Source: Rhodospirillaceae bacterium (lineage in GTDB: Bacteria; Pseudomonadota; Alphaproteobacteria; MPNO01; UBA2964). Taken from it: a stretch of 64,000 nt of DNA. The position numbers and the translations under genes are program-made. Positions 55,143 through 64,000 of the stretch are shown in pieces. The notes under the pieces are model-generated. The model was not told the DNA's origin, did not search any database, and worked only from the letters and a program-made list of their open reading frames with translations. Each line of letters opens with the position of its first letter. Position 1 is the first letter of the stretch. The DNA lies in NCBI GenBank assembly GCA_038146885.1, contig JAYQSM010000005.1, positions 247,219 to 311,218 on the forward strand, read 5' to 3'.

Positions 55143-56537
55143 TCATTCGCCAGGAAGGGATACTCCCGCCTCGGCCCTTTGCAACTTTCTGCAGTAAAAG
55201 TCCCAGAAGTTGTCCACCTGACGTTGTCCTTCTAGGGTCATCCCGATCACGCCCCGATCTGTGTCTGGCAACCACCCCCAGGGCAAGCCCGTTGACGCGG
55301 CATCCAACTGAACAGAGCATGCTCTCTCAAGAAAAATTGCTCGAAGACAAGCCACTTTCAGAGAGGGTCCAACGATTAATGCCCCCTCGTTTGGTAAAAA
55401 TATTGCCCGAGCATGGCTGGGGATTTCCTCTATCCCCTGGTCCATGGCCAAGGTAAAGGCAGACCCTTCAAAATGCTTTCCCTCATCACCCGTTGGGGCC
55501 AGTGGTTCAGAAGCAGCGGAAAACAAAGCTACAGAGGGACTGCAACAGTAAACAGCGGCTCCAATGTCCGCTCTCGCCATAAAAATTTTCTTCAGATACT
55601 GAACCCCCGGGAATTGGTCCGAAAGGATTTCAAGAGCGCACAGATCCGCATCCCTTTGGATTTGGCCCAACCCCATCTCCGGACGCCCACAAAAAATCTC
55701 TCCTGCGGCATCTCTGGATGCAACAATGTCGAAGTTCAAGAATCCCACGCCTTCACTAGCAAGCACTCTATTCGCCAACGCAAGATCAGATTTGAAAGTA
55801 TCGACTTCTAAAGAGTCGTTATTCGGGGGCCTCGGCCGAACCGCCTCCATAAGTGAATGCCATGTCCCGTCAATCAACGCCTGGTCCAGCTTTAACCTTG
55901 TCATTGTGTCAGGAGTAGGGATCTCCCAGATTAACTTTGCCATGGCCGCACGCAACTGATCTCGACACGCATACTCACAAAACAGTCCAGAAAGCACGCA
56001 CTGAGCAATCGATGGCCCGACAAAAGTAATCCCATGGTTCCGCATAAGTACAGCGTCGGAGCGCCCAAGTGCAGACGCTAGATCGATGCCCATACTCTTG
56101 TCGATTATCAGGTTGGATGTCTCTCTAAACCGCGGAAAACCATCTGTGAAGAAAGCCCCTGACCGAGTTAGGGGCTGAATAGGCTGCTCGGTCGTCGCCA
56201 TGACACCCGCATTGTAGGGATGGGTATGACCAATAACGTTAACGTCAGACCTTGCGAGGAAAATCTCGCCATGGATGGGCCACTCTGCGTGACGGACCCC
56301 ATCCCCGGCAACCTTTCGACCATCAAAATCCACTAGGACGAAATCCTCGGGGCCAGAGAGCTCAGCCAAACTTATGCCAGCTCTCTTCATCCAAAACCCA
56401 CGGCCACGAGGATCCCTTAGCGACAAATGTCCAAGGACTTTATCGCCATGACCATACACTTCGAGCACATGACCAGCTACCGTCAGCTGCTCAAGCAGCG
56501 AACGGAGCTCGTCATCCACTTCTTTCGGGATTTCCAT
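55143..56537 (-). CDS. tandem class II aldolase/adducin-fold protein (intact N-domain, degenerate C-domain)
   Basis: N-half: GHVLEVYGHGDKVLGHLSLRD..., AEWPIHGEIFLARSDVNVIGHTHP, LMRNHGITFVG (Zn-His triad context). C-half repeats the fold (LASEGVGFLNFDIVASRD..., IFMARADIGAAVYCCSP, LPNEGALIVG) with all three His replaced. Confidence 0.75.
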   Translation of the reverse strand: MEIPKEVDDELRSLLEQLTVAGHVLEVYGHGDKVLGHLSLRDPRGRGFWMKRAGISLAELSGPEDFVLVDFDGRKVAGDGVRHAEWPIHGEIFLARSDVNVIGHTHPYNAGVMATTEQPIQPLTRSGAFFTDGFPRFRETSNLIIDKSMGIDLASALGRSDAVLMRNHGITFVGPSIAQCVLSGLFCEYACRDQLRAAMAKLIWEIPTPDTMTRLKLDQALIDGTWHSLMEAVRPRPPNNDSLEVDTFKSDLALANRVLASEGVGFLNFDIVASRDAAGEIFCGRPEMGLGQIQRDADLCALEILSDQFPGVQYLKKIFMARADIGAAVYCCSPSVALFSAASEPLAPTGDEGKHFEGSAFTLAMDQGIEEIPSHARAIFLPNEGALIVGPSLKVACLRAIFLERACSVQLDAASTGLPWGWLPDTDRGVIGMTLEGQRQVDNFWDFYCRKLQRAEAGVSLPGE

Positions 56538-56599
56538 TTGACCCCCTAGTTTAGTTCCCGCATCGGGACAATCAAATTAGGGAGCAACTGCGCAAGCGA

Positions 56600-56809
56600 C
56601 TAATCAGCCACCTGCAGATTGTTGGCAGCCATCCGACCATTTCGACCAGGTTCCAGATCATAAGAAACTTTCTGTCCTTCGGCCAAACTACTCAAACCTG
56701 CCCGCTCAACTGCGGAAATATGTACGAACGCATCGTCTGACCCATCTTCAGGAGCAATGAAACCAAAGCCCTTGGTCGGGTTGAACCATTTAACTGTGCC
56801 TGTAGGCAT
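56600..56809 (-). CDS. cspA: cold-shock protein (CspA family)
   Basis: [31 protein letters not shown] carries the RNP1 and RNP2 motifs. 69 aa. About 190 nt of non-coding sequence lie upstream, consistent with a long csp 5' leader. Confidence 0.95.
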   Translation of the reverse strand: MPTGTVKWFNPTKGFGFIAPEDGSDDAFVHISAVERAGLSSLAEGQKVSYDLEPGRNGRMAANNLQVAD

Positions 56810-56997
56810 GTAGTAACCTCTTAAAATAAAAATGTTGCGCTACTGCGACCGCGGTAACACAGGACTTTTTGAACCAATGCCCTAGCCATCAATGTCTGGA
56901 GAAAACCAATTTTCTGATGGTTTGGGCTATTATTCAAATAGCACCGCCTTTCTCGTAACAGGCTAATATATCAATTAGCAAGCATAATTTTAAAAAA

Positions 56998-58191
56998 TTA
57001 AATAATTCCTTTTTCTCCAAGCTCTGCGATGCTCTCACTGCTGTAACCAATTTCAGATAATAATTCCTCATTATGCTCGCCCGCGCCCGGCGTATATCTT
57101 CGAACAGACGGCTTTACAGAAGACAAATTGAATGGTTGTCCCACAACCCTGACCGCGCCTAAATCGCGACTATCCATAGGCCACGCAATTCCCAAATGCT
57201 CGACCTGAGGATCAGCAAATGTCTCATCGACTTTATAAATGGGACCGCAGGGAACCCCCTCCTGGTTTAGGATATTTACCCATTCTTGCGACGATTTCGT
57301 CCGAGTATAGACTGAGAGATCGTCGTTCAGTTCATCACGATGTTCCAGCCTGTCGGCTGCGGTTTCATATTTTGGCGACTTGAACAAATCCTCGGCACCT
57401 AATCCTTGGCACAGCCTGGTCCACATTTGCTGACCACCCGCCGCTATGTTTATGTGCCCGTCGCTGGTGGGGAAAACCCCAGTCGGCGTCGACTTCGGAT
57501 GATTATTGCCGGCCTGAGGTGGCACATCGTTTTCAATCAAATATCTCGCGCATTGGAAATCCATCAGGGCTATCTGAGATTCAAGGAGTGAAGTATGGAC
57601 CCATTGCCCTTCTCCGGTCTCTTCGCGTTGCAGCAGGGCGATAAGTATAGCCGTTGCGCAGTTCATACCGCAGGTAAGATCAGCAATAGCCGTTCCCGCA
57701 CGCACGGGGCCTTGACCAGGGAGACCGGTTACAGACATAAACCCGCCCATGCCCTGGGCAATTTGATCAACACCCGGCCTCTTAGCATACGGTCCTGTTT
57801 GCCCAAATCCTGAAATGCTTGCGAGAACAATTCGTGGGTTGATTTCTCTCAGCGTGTCATAATCCACTCCAAGCCTAAATTTTACATCTGGACGGTAATT
57901 CTCGACAACAACATCTGCCTTTTCCACCAATCGGTAGAATATTGTTTTTCCTTCAGGTTCTTTCAGGTTCAGGGTGAGGGATCTCTTGTTCCTATGGAGA
58001 TTTTGAAAATCTGCGGACGTCCGAGAACCCGTATATCCATCATCTTGACCTGGTACCGGGGGCATTTCCACCTTGATTACGTCCGCGCCCCAATCCGCCA
58101 TCACTTTAACCGCTGTGGGCCCGGAACGAACCCGTGTGAGATCAAGGACCCGGAATCGTTCGAGAGGCATCTTTCCATCAGGCATATCCAT
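56998..58191 (-). CDS. family III CoA-transferase (CaiB/BaiF family)
   Basis: L...RVLDLTRV.SGP.A...MAD.GADVIKVE.P, ENYRP and the interlocked-dimer family layout. 397 aa. Confidence 0.88.
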   Translation of the reverse strand: MDMPDGKMPLERFRVLDLTRVRSGPTAVKVMADWGADVIKVEMPPVPGQDDGYTGSRTSADFQNLHRNKRSLTLNLKEPEGKTIFYRLVEKADVVVENYRPDVKFRLGVDYDTLREINPRIVLASISGFGQTGPYAKRPGVDQIAQGMGGFMSVTGLPGQGPVRAGTAIADLTCGMNCATAILIALLQREETGEGQWVHTSLLESQIALMDFQCARYLIENDVPPQAGNNHPKSTPTGVFPTSDGHINIAAGGQQMWTRLCQGLGAEDLFKSPKYETAADRLEHRDELNDDLSVYTRTKSSQEWVNILNQEGVPCGPIYKVDETFADPQVEHLGIAWPMDSRDLGAVRVVGQPFNLSSVKPSVRRYTPGAGEHNEELLSEIGYSSESIAELGEKGII

Positions 58192-58276
58192 CTCCTTAAA
58201 AAGATATTCAATTAAAGAATACCATACACCGAAAACGGTCTCCGAACATCTGTCCTGAGAGGACGTAACGTGTTAC

Positions 58277-59491
58277 GTGAGCAACATGGTTGATGTGCGC
58301 CCTCCAAAATTCATATTCCCGGCATTGGTGACAGTCACGCTAATTGCGCCGCTCGCCGTCCATATGTTTATCCCGGCGTTACCAGTGGTGAAGGCCGAAC
58401 TCGATGTCAGCGACAGTATGGCCTTTTCCACAATTTCTCTCGTGATGATCGTAATGGCTTTTGCTACGGTGGTTTACGGGGGATTCTCGGATCAATGGGG
58501 TCGTAAACCGGTCCTACTAACAGGTTTGGCGCTCTATACCATCGGAGCAGAACTCTCTTGGTTTGCCACAGATATATACACGCTTCTGGCCGGTCGTATC
58601 TTGCAGGCCAGTGGCGCCGGATGCGGGGTTGTCCTCGCAAGGGCTATAGCCCGAGACATCTATGGCCTTGAGAGAATTGCGCCAGTAATCGCAAATCTCA
58701 CAGCCGCTTATGTATTGGGCCCGACCTTAGCCCCACCGCTTGGAGGATTTATGATCGATGGCCTCGGATGGCGATCAATTTTTATGCTTGCAGCTTTTAT
58801 CGGCCTGATACTTATTCTTTTGGTCGCCCTCTATTTTCCTGAGACACACAAACCAGCAAAACGATTACAAGGTACAAACCGCATCATAGTCACTATATGG
58901 ACGGACTATCGGGCGTTACTATCCGTACCTCGATTTACGGCCTATGCCTTAGCTCCAGGTTTTTTGTCGGGAACTTTCTTTGCCCTTGCGACTTCCTCCG
59001 CTTTTCTCGCAACAGAGGGCTTGAAAATGCCGGTAGAAGAATTCGGCTTATGGTTCCTATTCCTTCCCGCAGGCTTTATGACGGGTAACTTTATTTCCGG
59101 ACGGATCGGTAATCGTGCCTCCATTAGCCTGATGACTATTAGTGGGTCGCTTTTGAACGTTTGTATCGTCTTGACAATGTCAGCCATACTTTTTATCGGC
59201 GGGCTTTCAATCTATGCCTTAGTAATACCGGGTTTTATGCTGGGGATAGCCCAGGGCATGTGTCTGCCCTATGCCCAGGCTGGGGCTATGCATGTTAACC
59301 CCGCCTTGGCCGGATCCGCATCTGGAGCGGTAACATTTTCGCAGCTCATGGTTGCGGGTATCTCTCAACAAATTTGCGGCATTGTAGCCGACACAACTTG
59401 GGTACCAATTGCCATCGTCATGTTTATTTTTTCTATTTTGGGTCTTGGTGCGGCAATTGTTGCAGCCTTCACCCAGCCCAAAGAGGATTAG
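58277..59491 (+). CDS. MFS transporter (Bcr/CflA drug-resistance subfamily-like)
   Basis: 12 TM helices by eye. GGFSDQWGRKPVLLTGL (motif A-like) and RILQASGAGCGVVLARAIARD are typical of Bcr/CflA. GTG 58277 or ATG 58286 start. Confidence 0.85.
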   Translation: MSNMVDVRPPKFIFPALVTVTLIAPLAVHMFIPALPVVKAELDVSDSMAFSTISLVMIVMAFATVVYGGFSDQWGRKPVLLTGLALYTIGAELSWFATDIYTLLAGRILQASGAGCGVVLARAIARDIYGLERIAPVIANLTAAYVLGPTLAPPLGGFMIDGLGWRSIFMLAAFIGLILILLVALYFPETHKPAKRLQGTNRIIVTIWTDYRALLSVPRFTAYALAPGFLSGTFFALATSSAFLATEGLKMPVEEFGLWFLFLPAGFMTGNFISGRIGNRASISLMTISGSLLNVCIVLTMSAILFIGGLSIYALVIPGFMLGIAQGMCLPYAQAGAMHVNPALAGSASGAVTFSQLMVAGISQQICGIVADTTWVPIAIVMFIFSILGLGAAIVAAFTQPKED

Positions 59492-60399
59492 TGATTTCGC
59501 GACAATCCTGCTGTCATTCGTGTGAGCCAGATGGATGCTGAGAATATGAGAATCCCCCCAATCCAAGTCCACAGGTCTGGGAATTCGGAAAAAAATAGCC
59601 ATCCAAATAAGGCTGCCCAAATTAATCTGGTAAAATTAAACGGCAGGACAATGGTTGCATCTGCGGCTCCCATTGCCTTGTTAAAGTTCCTTTGAATTAA
59701 GGTGCCGAGATAGCCTAAAGCAACACCCCATAAAAGTTGTTCGATCGTTGGCCTTGTCCAGAAGTAGATAGCCGGGCCCAAACTGAAAATTGTGTGGGAA
59801 ACAAAGAGGTAGAAAGCGATTGTATCTGCGGAGTCGTGCTTGACTAGAGTTTTTATCAAAATTGCAACCGCCGCACCGGAAATTGCTGAACCGAGGGCAA
59901 ATAAAAGGCCCAGATTAAAGCTCTCCAGACCCGGGCGAATGACAATTAGAGCGCCTGTAAATCCCAAAGCAACCGCCACCCATCGTAAAGCCGTCGTCTT
60001 TTCCCTAAGAAAAATCACCGCAAAAAGGGACGCAATAATGGGCATCATAAATGTGATCGCCGCTGTATCCGCCACTGGCGCAAACCACAAAGCAGCAAAA
60101 AGAAACCAAACATTAATCGCGGAGGTAGCACCCCTTATCGCGTGCATATGAAGGCGGCTCGTTTTTAGTGCGGCTAACCCTACCCGAACTAGCCAAGGAG
60201 CCATGAAAGCCAAGCCAAAGAAATTTCTTAAAAAAACCACCTGCATAAAATGCAGTTCTTGAACCACGTGATGAACAATAGCGATTGAAGCGGCGTACGC
60301 GAACGCGCTCACGGTCATCCAGACGGCGCCCTTGATAACGGGCGGTTGCTTTTCAAACCATTTTTCGAGAGGAGAGCGGCCGAACATAAGTAAAATCAT
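59488..60399 (-). CDS. EamA/DMT family transporter
   Basis: 303 aa with about 10 TM helices and an EamA two-repeat layout. Its 3' end overlaps the 3' end of the convergent MFS gene by 4 nt. Confidence 0.82.
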   Translation of the reverse strand: MILLMFGRSPLEKWFEKQPPVIKGAVWMTVSAFAYAASIAIVHHVVQELHFMQVVFLRNFFGLAFMAPWLVRVGLAALKTSRLHMHAIRGATSAINVWFLFAALWFAPVADTAAITFMMPIIASLFAVIFLREKTTALRWVAVALGFTGALIVIRPGLESFNLGLLFALGSAISGAAVAILIKTLVKHDSADTIAFYLFVSHTIFSLGPAIYFWTRPTIEQLLWGVALGYLGTLIQRNFNKAMGAADATIVLPFNFTRLIWAALFGWLFFSEFPDLWTWIGGILIFSASIWLTRMTAGLSRNH

Positions 60400-60503
60400 A
60401 AGCCGGCTTAGAACTGCCGTCAGCGTCCTGATGGTAATTTTTCCGACTGACGAATCCCATTTTTGAGATTATCCTTTCGATATGAACTTCACCTTCCGGT
60501 AAA

Positions 60504-61361
60504 ATGAAATTCTTCCTGCTCTCCTCCGTTTTGGCTTGGATTGGCTGCGCGCCAGCAGCCTTCACTCAAACAATCGAAGTCGATCTCCAACTTGCTCTTG
60601 GGAGCGACGTTTCCCGAAGTGTTGACGAAGAAGAGGCCGCTCTCCAGCGGCAAGGTTACATAAGGGCGTTCACTCACCCGGCAATAGCAGATGCCATAAG
60701 TCATGGACCGCTCGGGAGGATTGCGGTGATGTATTTTGAGTGGGGAGGAGAAAATAACATTCGACCGGTTGTGGACTGGTCACTTATCCAGGACAAAAAG
60801 TCTATGCTCGCTTTTGCAGCGAAACTATCAACCGACGTACCAATGTCTGCGCGGCGGACCGGAATCTCCGGGGCCATAAAATATGCAATCGCTTCTATAG
60901 AAAAAAACCGTTTTTCCAGTCGACGCAAGGTAATCGACCTATCTGGCGATGGAGCCAATAATTCTGGCGTTCTTGTAAGCCTCGCAAGAGACGAAGCTAT
61001 CCAGCAAGGATTTACGATTAATGGGCTGCCTATAGTCAATAATCGGGCAAGTGGCTCGGGTTGGCAGCAAGTAGAAAATCTTGATTTGTATTATCGAGAT
61101 TGTGTGATCGGAGGCCCTGGAGCCTTTTATGTCGTTGCGAGAGATTTTAAGGACTTTGGGAGAGCTATCATGCGCAAGCTGATCCTTGAAATTGCTAACG
61201 TTCCGCCATCGGAAGGGCTTTTTTTTCGAGCAAGTTTTAGACCTCGCAAAGCTCCTCCGTGTAATATTGGAGAAATTCGCCGGCGTCAGCGTTGGGGCGA
61301 TTGGGATGATGATGACTGGGTCCCAATGCGGAGACTCCAACGTCCTGGAAAAAATCCATGA
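60504..61361 (+). CDS. DUF1194 (vWA-like) secreted protein, copy 1
   Basis: Signal peptide MKFFLLSSVLAWIGCAPAAFT. VDLQLALGSDVSRSVDEEEAALQRQGY carries a DxSxS MIDAS motif. Also GRIAVMYFEWGG, IDLSGDGANN, TINGLPI, DLYYRDCVIGGPGAFYVVA. Confidence 0.8.
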   Translation: MKFFLLSSVLAWIGCAPAAFTQTIEVDLQLALGSDVSRSVDEEEAALQRQGYIRAFTHPAIADAISHGPLGRIAVMYFEWGGENNIRPVVDWSLIQDKKSMLAFAAKLSTDVPMSARRTGISGAIKYAIASIEKNRFSSRRKVIDLSGDGANNSGVLVSLARDEAIQQGFTINGLPIVNNRASGSGWQQVENLDLYYRDCVIGGPGAFYVVARDFKDFGRAIMRKLILEIANVPPSEGLFFRASFRPRKAPPCNIGEIRRRQRWGDWDDDDWVPMRRLQRPGKNP

Positions 61362-62188
61362 AATTCCTCAGTATCCTTCTCTTATCTCTAACCCTCACCT
61401 TCACGCCCGCCATCTCAAAAGAAGTTGAGGTTGACTTGGAATTAGCTCTTGGGGTCGACGTCTCAGGGAGCGTTGATGATGAGGAGGCTATGCTCCAAAG
61501 AAAAGGATATATCCAGGCCTTCAAACATCCCGCAATTCTGGACGCCATTCAGAGGGGCCCGCTGGGTCGGATTGCCGTTGGCTATTATGAGTGGGCGGGT
61601 TTTGGGCACATGAAAATAATTGCCCCATGGACCCTTATTCATGATAGAAAAACAGCCCTAGCCTTCGCGAACATACTGTCAAAAGACCCCCCTCAAACAG
61701 CTCGCCGAACAGCAATTTCTGCGGGAATTATGATGGGTGCCAATTGGTTTGATCAAAATCACTTTAAAGGGCTCAGGCGAGTAATAGATATTTCGGGTGA
61801 TGGACCAAACAATTGGGGCGAGCCCGTTAATATTGTGCGAGACCGCATTGCATCTCGCGGGATCACAATTAATGGTCTTCCCATTGTAAATGAACGACCA
61901 ACCTTCTCAGGCCGCCCCCCTCTGAAGGACCTGGACCTCTACTACCGCGACTGTGTCATCGGGGGGCCACGCGCTTTTTACGTGGTTGCAAAGGACTTTC
62001 GGGATTTTGGCCGCGCTGTCATGCGAAAGTTGATAATGGAAATCGCCAACGTGGTTGAACCGAAACTTTTTCATAGAGCCCAGTACCAAAAGCGTAGAGG
62101 GCCACCTTGTGATATCGGTGAAAAACAAAGGATGTGGCAATCTTTCGATGAGGATGAATTTTATTTTCCGCTACCGCAAAAACAGTAA
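61358..62188 (+). CDS. DUF1194 (vWA-like) secreted protein, copy 2
   Basis: Paralogue of copy 1: signal peptide, VDLELALGVDVSGSVDDEEAMLQRKGY, GRIAVGYYEWAG, IDISGDGPNN, TINGLPI, DLYYRDCVIGGPRAFYVVA. ATGA overlap with copy 1. Confidence 0.8.
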   Translation: MKFLSILLLSLTLTFTPAISKEVEVDLELALGVDVSGSVDDEEAMLQRKGYIQAFKHPAILDAIQRGPLGRIAVGYYEWAGFGHMKIIAPWTLIHDRKTALAFANILSKDPPQTARRTAISAGIMMGANWFDQNHFKGLRRVIDISGDGPNNWGEPVNIVRDRIASRGITINGLPIVNERPTFSGRPPLKDLDLYYRDCVIGGPRAFYVVAKDFRDFGRAVMRKLIMEIANVVEPKLFHRAQYQKRRGPPCDIGEKQRMWQSFDEDEFYFPLPQKQ

Positions 62189-63544
62189 TCAGTCTATCAA
62201 ATCGCTCAGATTCTGTTCTAACCATCTCGTATTGTAGTCTCCTTTGACAAAATCGAGCTGCGTTACGAGTCTCCGCAAAAACGGGATTGTTGTTGTCACT
62301 CCATCAACTTCAAATTCATTCAGGGCCTTTTGCAGCTTCATAAGAGCATTTATCCGACTCGGAGCATGAACGATTAATTTCGCGAGGAGAGAGTCATAGA
62401 AGGGGGAAACAGTGGCCCCTTCGTGGCAAAAAGTATCAATTCGCAATCCATCACCTTGAGGCACAATCCACCGTGAAATCACACCCGGTGAAGGCCGAAA
62501 ACCAGTACCAGCATCCTCAGCTGTGATCCGGACTTCAATCGCATGGCCCGAGAAGTCTATTTCCTTCTGTGAAAAAGGCATTCGGTCTCCCTGTGCAATC
62601 AGGATTTGTGCCTGAACCAAGTCGATCCCGGTAATCAGCTCGGATACCGGATGTTCAACCTGAATTCGAGTATTCATCTCCAGAAAATAAAACTCCTCCG
62701 ATTCCTGATCGACAATAAACTCAACAGTGCCGGCATTTTTATACTCCACTTTCGTAGCCAATTCGACGGCACTTTGGCGGATCCGATCACGAAGTTGTTT
62801 GGAAAGATTGGCCGCCGGGGCTTCCTCAACTAACTTTTGATATCGTCGTTGGAGAGAACAATCCCGTTCTCCTACGTGCAAGATACAACCACTGACATCA
62901 CCTAAAATTTGAACTTCAATATGACGCCCATCTTCAATAAAACGCTCGACAAAAAGTGTATCATCTCCAAATGCAGCCATCGCCTCGGCCGACGCCGCTA
63001 TGACACTTGATTCTATTTCAGACTCTTTCCGAATGATTTTTATTCCGCGTCCGCCCCCTCCGGCGGCGGCCTTGATCATCAAGGGATAACCAATACGGTC
63101 GCCCAGAGTTTTGATTTCTCGCCACTCCCTAACCCTCGGAGAGCCAGGCACAACCGGCAACCCCAAATCTTTGGCCATTGCCCGAGCCCCCAATTTATTG
63201 CCCATAAGGCTAATAATCTCTGGTTGCGGCCCAATGAATATGATCCCCGCCTCCAGGCATTTTTGGGCCAGCAAAGGGGACTCCGATAAAAACCCATAGC
63301 CGGGATGAAGCGCATCACAGCCATGCGTACGGGCGGCATGAACCAAGCTTTCCGCCACGAGATAGGATTCATTCGGCCTTGAACCACCAACATGTGCCGC
63401 ACCATCGGCGAGTCGAACCGCTAAACTTTCTGAGTCTGCTTCAGAATAAGCAGCAATGGCCTCTAGACCGAGATCGTGGCATGCGCGGACAATACGGACC
63501 GCGATCTCACCCCTATTTGCAACAAAAACCCGCCTAATTGCCAT
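62189..63544 (-). CDS. accC: biotin carboxylase (acetyl-CoA carboxylase subunit type)
   Basis: IRRVFVANRGEIAVRI.RAC..LG, YPLMIKAAAGGGGRG, an ATP-grasp domain, FLEMNTRIQVEHPV. 451 aa. Its stop abuts the stop of the convergent DUF1194 gene with no spacer. Confidence 0.9.
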   Translation of the reverse strand: MAIRRVFVANRGEIAVRIVRACHDLGLEAIAAYSEADSESLAVRLADGAAHVGGSRPNESYLVAESLVHAARTHGCDALHPGYGFLSESPLLAQKCLEAGIIFIGPQPEIISLMGNKLGARAMAKDLGLPVVPGSPRVREWREIKTLGDRIGYPLMIKAAAGGGGRGIKIIRKESEIESSVIAASAEAMAAFGDDTLFVERFIEDGRHIEVQILGDVSGCILHVGERDCSLQRRYQKLVEEAPAANLSKQLRDRIRQSAVELATKVEYKNAGTVEFIVDQESEEFYFLEMNTRIQVEHPVSELITGIDLVQAQILIAQGDRMPFSQKEIDFSGHAIEVRITAEDAGTGFRPSPGVISRWIVPQGDGLRIDTFCHEGATVSPFYDSLLAKLIVHAPSRINALMKLQKALNEFEVDGVTTTIPFLRRLVTQLDFVKGDYNTRWLEQNLSDLID

Positions 63545-63550
63545 GGAGTC

Positions 63551-64000
63551 TCAACCAGATGGCTTTATGTAAAAAAGTACGTCTCCAGGTTCTACCAGGG
63601 TTGCATTTGAGACCAGTATTTCCTCAATCGTTCCGGAAACACTGGCCTCGACAGTCGTATAGACCTTCATCACCTCGACAAGGCCAAGGGTGGACCCCAT
63701 TTCAATTTGGTCACCCTTTATTACGTAAGGATCCGATTGCGGGTCGGGGGCTGCATAAAAAGTGCCGACAATAGGAGACGTTACCGCAACGAGGTCCGAG
63801 TGACTGCCCATTTTGGGAAGTGATGACTCTTGCTGAACCGTGTTTTCTGAAAATCTCAACGGCTCTTCTGCAACCTTGCCGCGATCGTTTCGTTCCATCC
63901 TAGAGACGGGGGATGACTCCGCGAAGTTCGCTTTATTCTCTGAAGGGTGGTAACCACGCTTGGCCACCGTCAATTTTAAATCACCGTGCTGAAAATCGAG
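63551..64000 (-). CDS. accB: biotin carboxyl carrier protein (BCCP), 5' end outside window
   Basis: The C-terminal biotinyl domain VTSPIVGTFYAAPDP....VIKGDQIEMGSTLGLVEVMKVYTTVEA..SGTIEEILV parallels E. coli AccB. The frame stays open upstream of the listed TTG (…LDFQHGDLKLTVAKRG) to the window edge. Confidence 0.85.
   Translation of the reverse strand, partial: LDFQHGDLKLTVAKRGYHPSENKANFAESSPVSRMERNDRGKVAEEPLRFSENTVQQESSLPKMGSHSDLVAVTSPIVGTFYAAPDPQSDPYVIKGDQIEMGSTLGLVEVMKVYTTVEASVSGTIEEILVSNATLVEPGDVLFYIKPSG

Overview
This window looks like ordinary, densely packed core chromosome of an alphaproteobacterium. The supporting clues are an ALAS-type hemA, a SahR-like regulator upstream of metF-metH, and an FtsZ with a very long C-terminal linker. 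GC is roughly 45-50% by eye. Many genes are joined by 4-nt start/stop overlaps and convergent genes abut or overlap, which suggests a streamlined, possibly marine genome; that taxon guess is speculative.

The centre (about 10.5-30.3 kb) is a complete dcw cluster: mraZ-rsmH-ftsL-ftsI-murE-murF-mraY-murD-ftsW-murG-murC-murB-ddl-ftsQ-ftsA-ftsZ. RNase P RNA (rnpB) lies just upstream, and lpxC-bamD-recN-ligA follow.

The left flank carries a partial class III aminotransferase, hemA, a UDG-superfamily glycosylase, panE, RidA, a small RHH protein, a D-lactate dehydrogenase-like FAD oxidase, an MFS transporter, a DUF3750-like protein, an EamA transporter and an AmpD-like amidase.

The right flank carries pepP, prmA, uvrD, a CoA-binding ACD-alpha-like protein, a TauD-like dioxygenase with a NitT/TauT-type ABC importer, sahR-metF-metH, an MlaC-like protein and ettA. 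It continues with a PhtD-like decarboxylase, a tandem class II aldolase-fold protein, cspA, a family III CoA-transferase, an MFS and an EamA transporter, two tandem DUF1194 genes and accC-accB.

I found no rRNA, tRNA, CRISPR array, transposase, integrase, phage or recognisable defence genes. I cannot point to a convincing undescribed system.

The observations worth a second look are:
- Three clear, and possibly four, small frame disruptions, including essential ftsW and metH. These are most simply sequencing or assembly errors.
- A 4 x 10-bp periodic repeat upstream of mraZ that looks like a MraZ operator.
- A palindrome upstream of the SahR-like regulator.
- A UDG-like gene with a non-canonical motif 1.
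- A two-domain aldolase-fold protein whose second domain has lost all metal-binding histidines.
- A tandem pair of secreted vWA-like DUF1194 paralogues.
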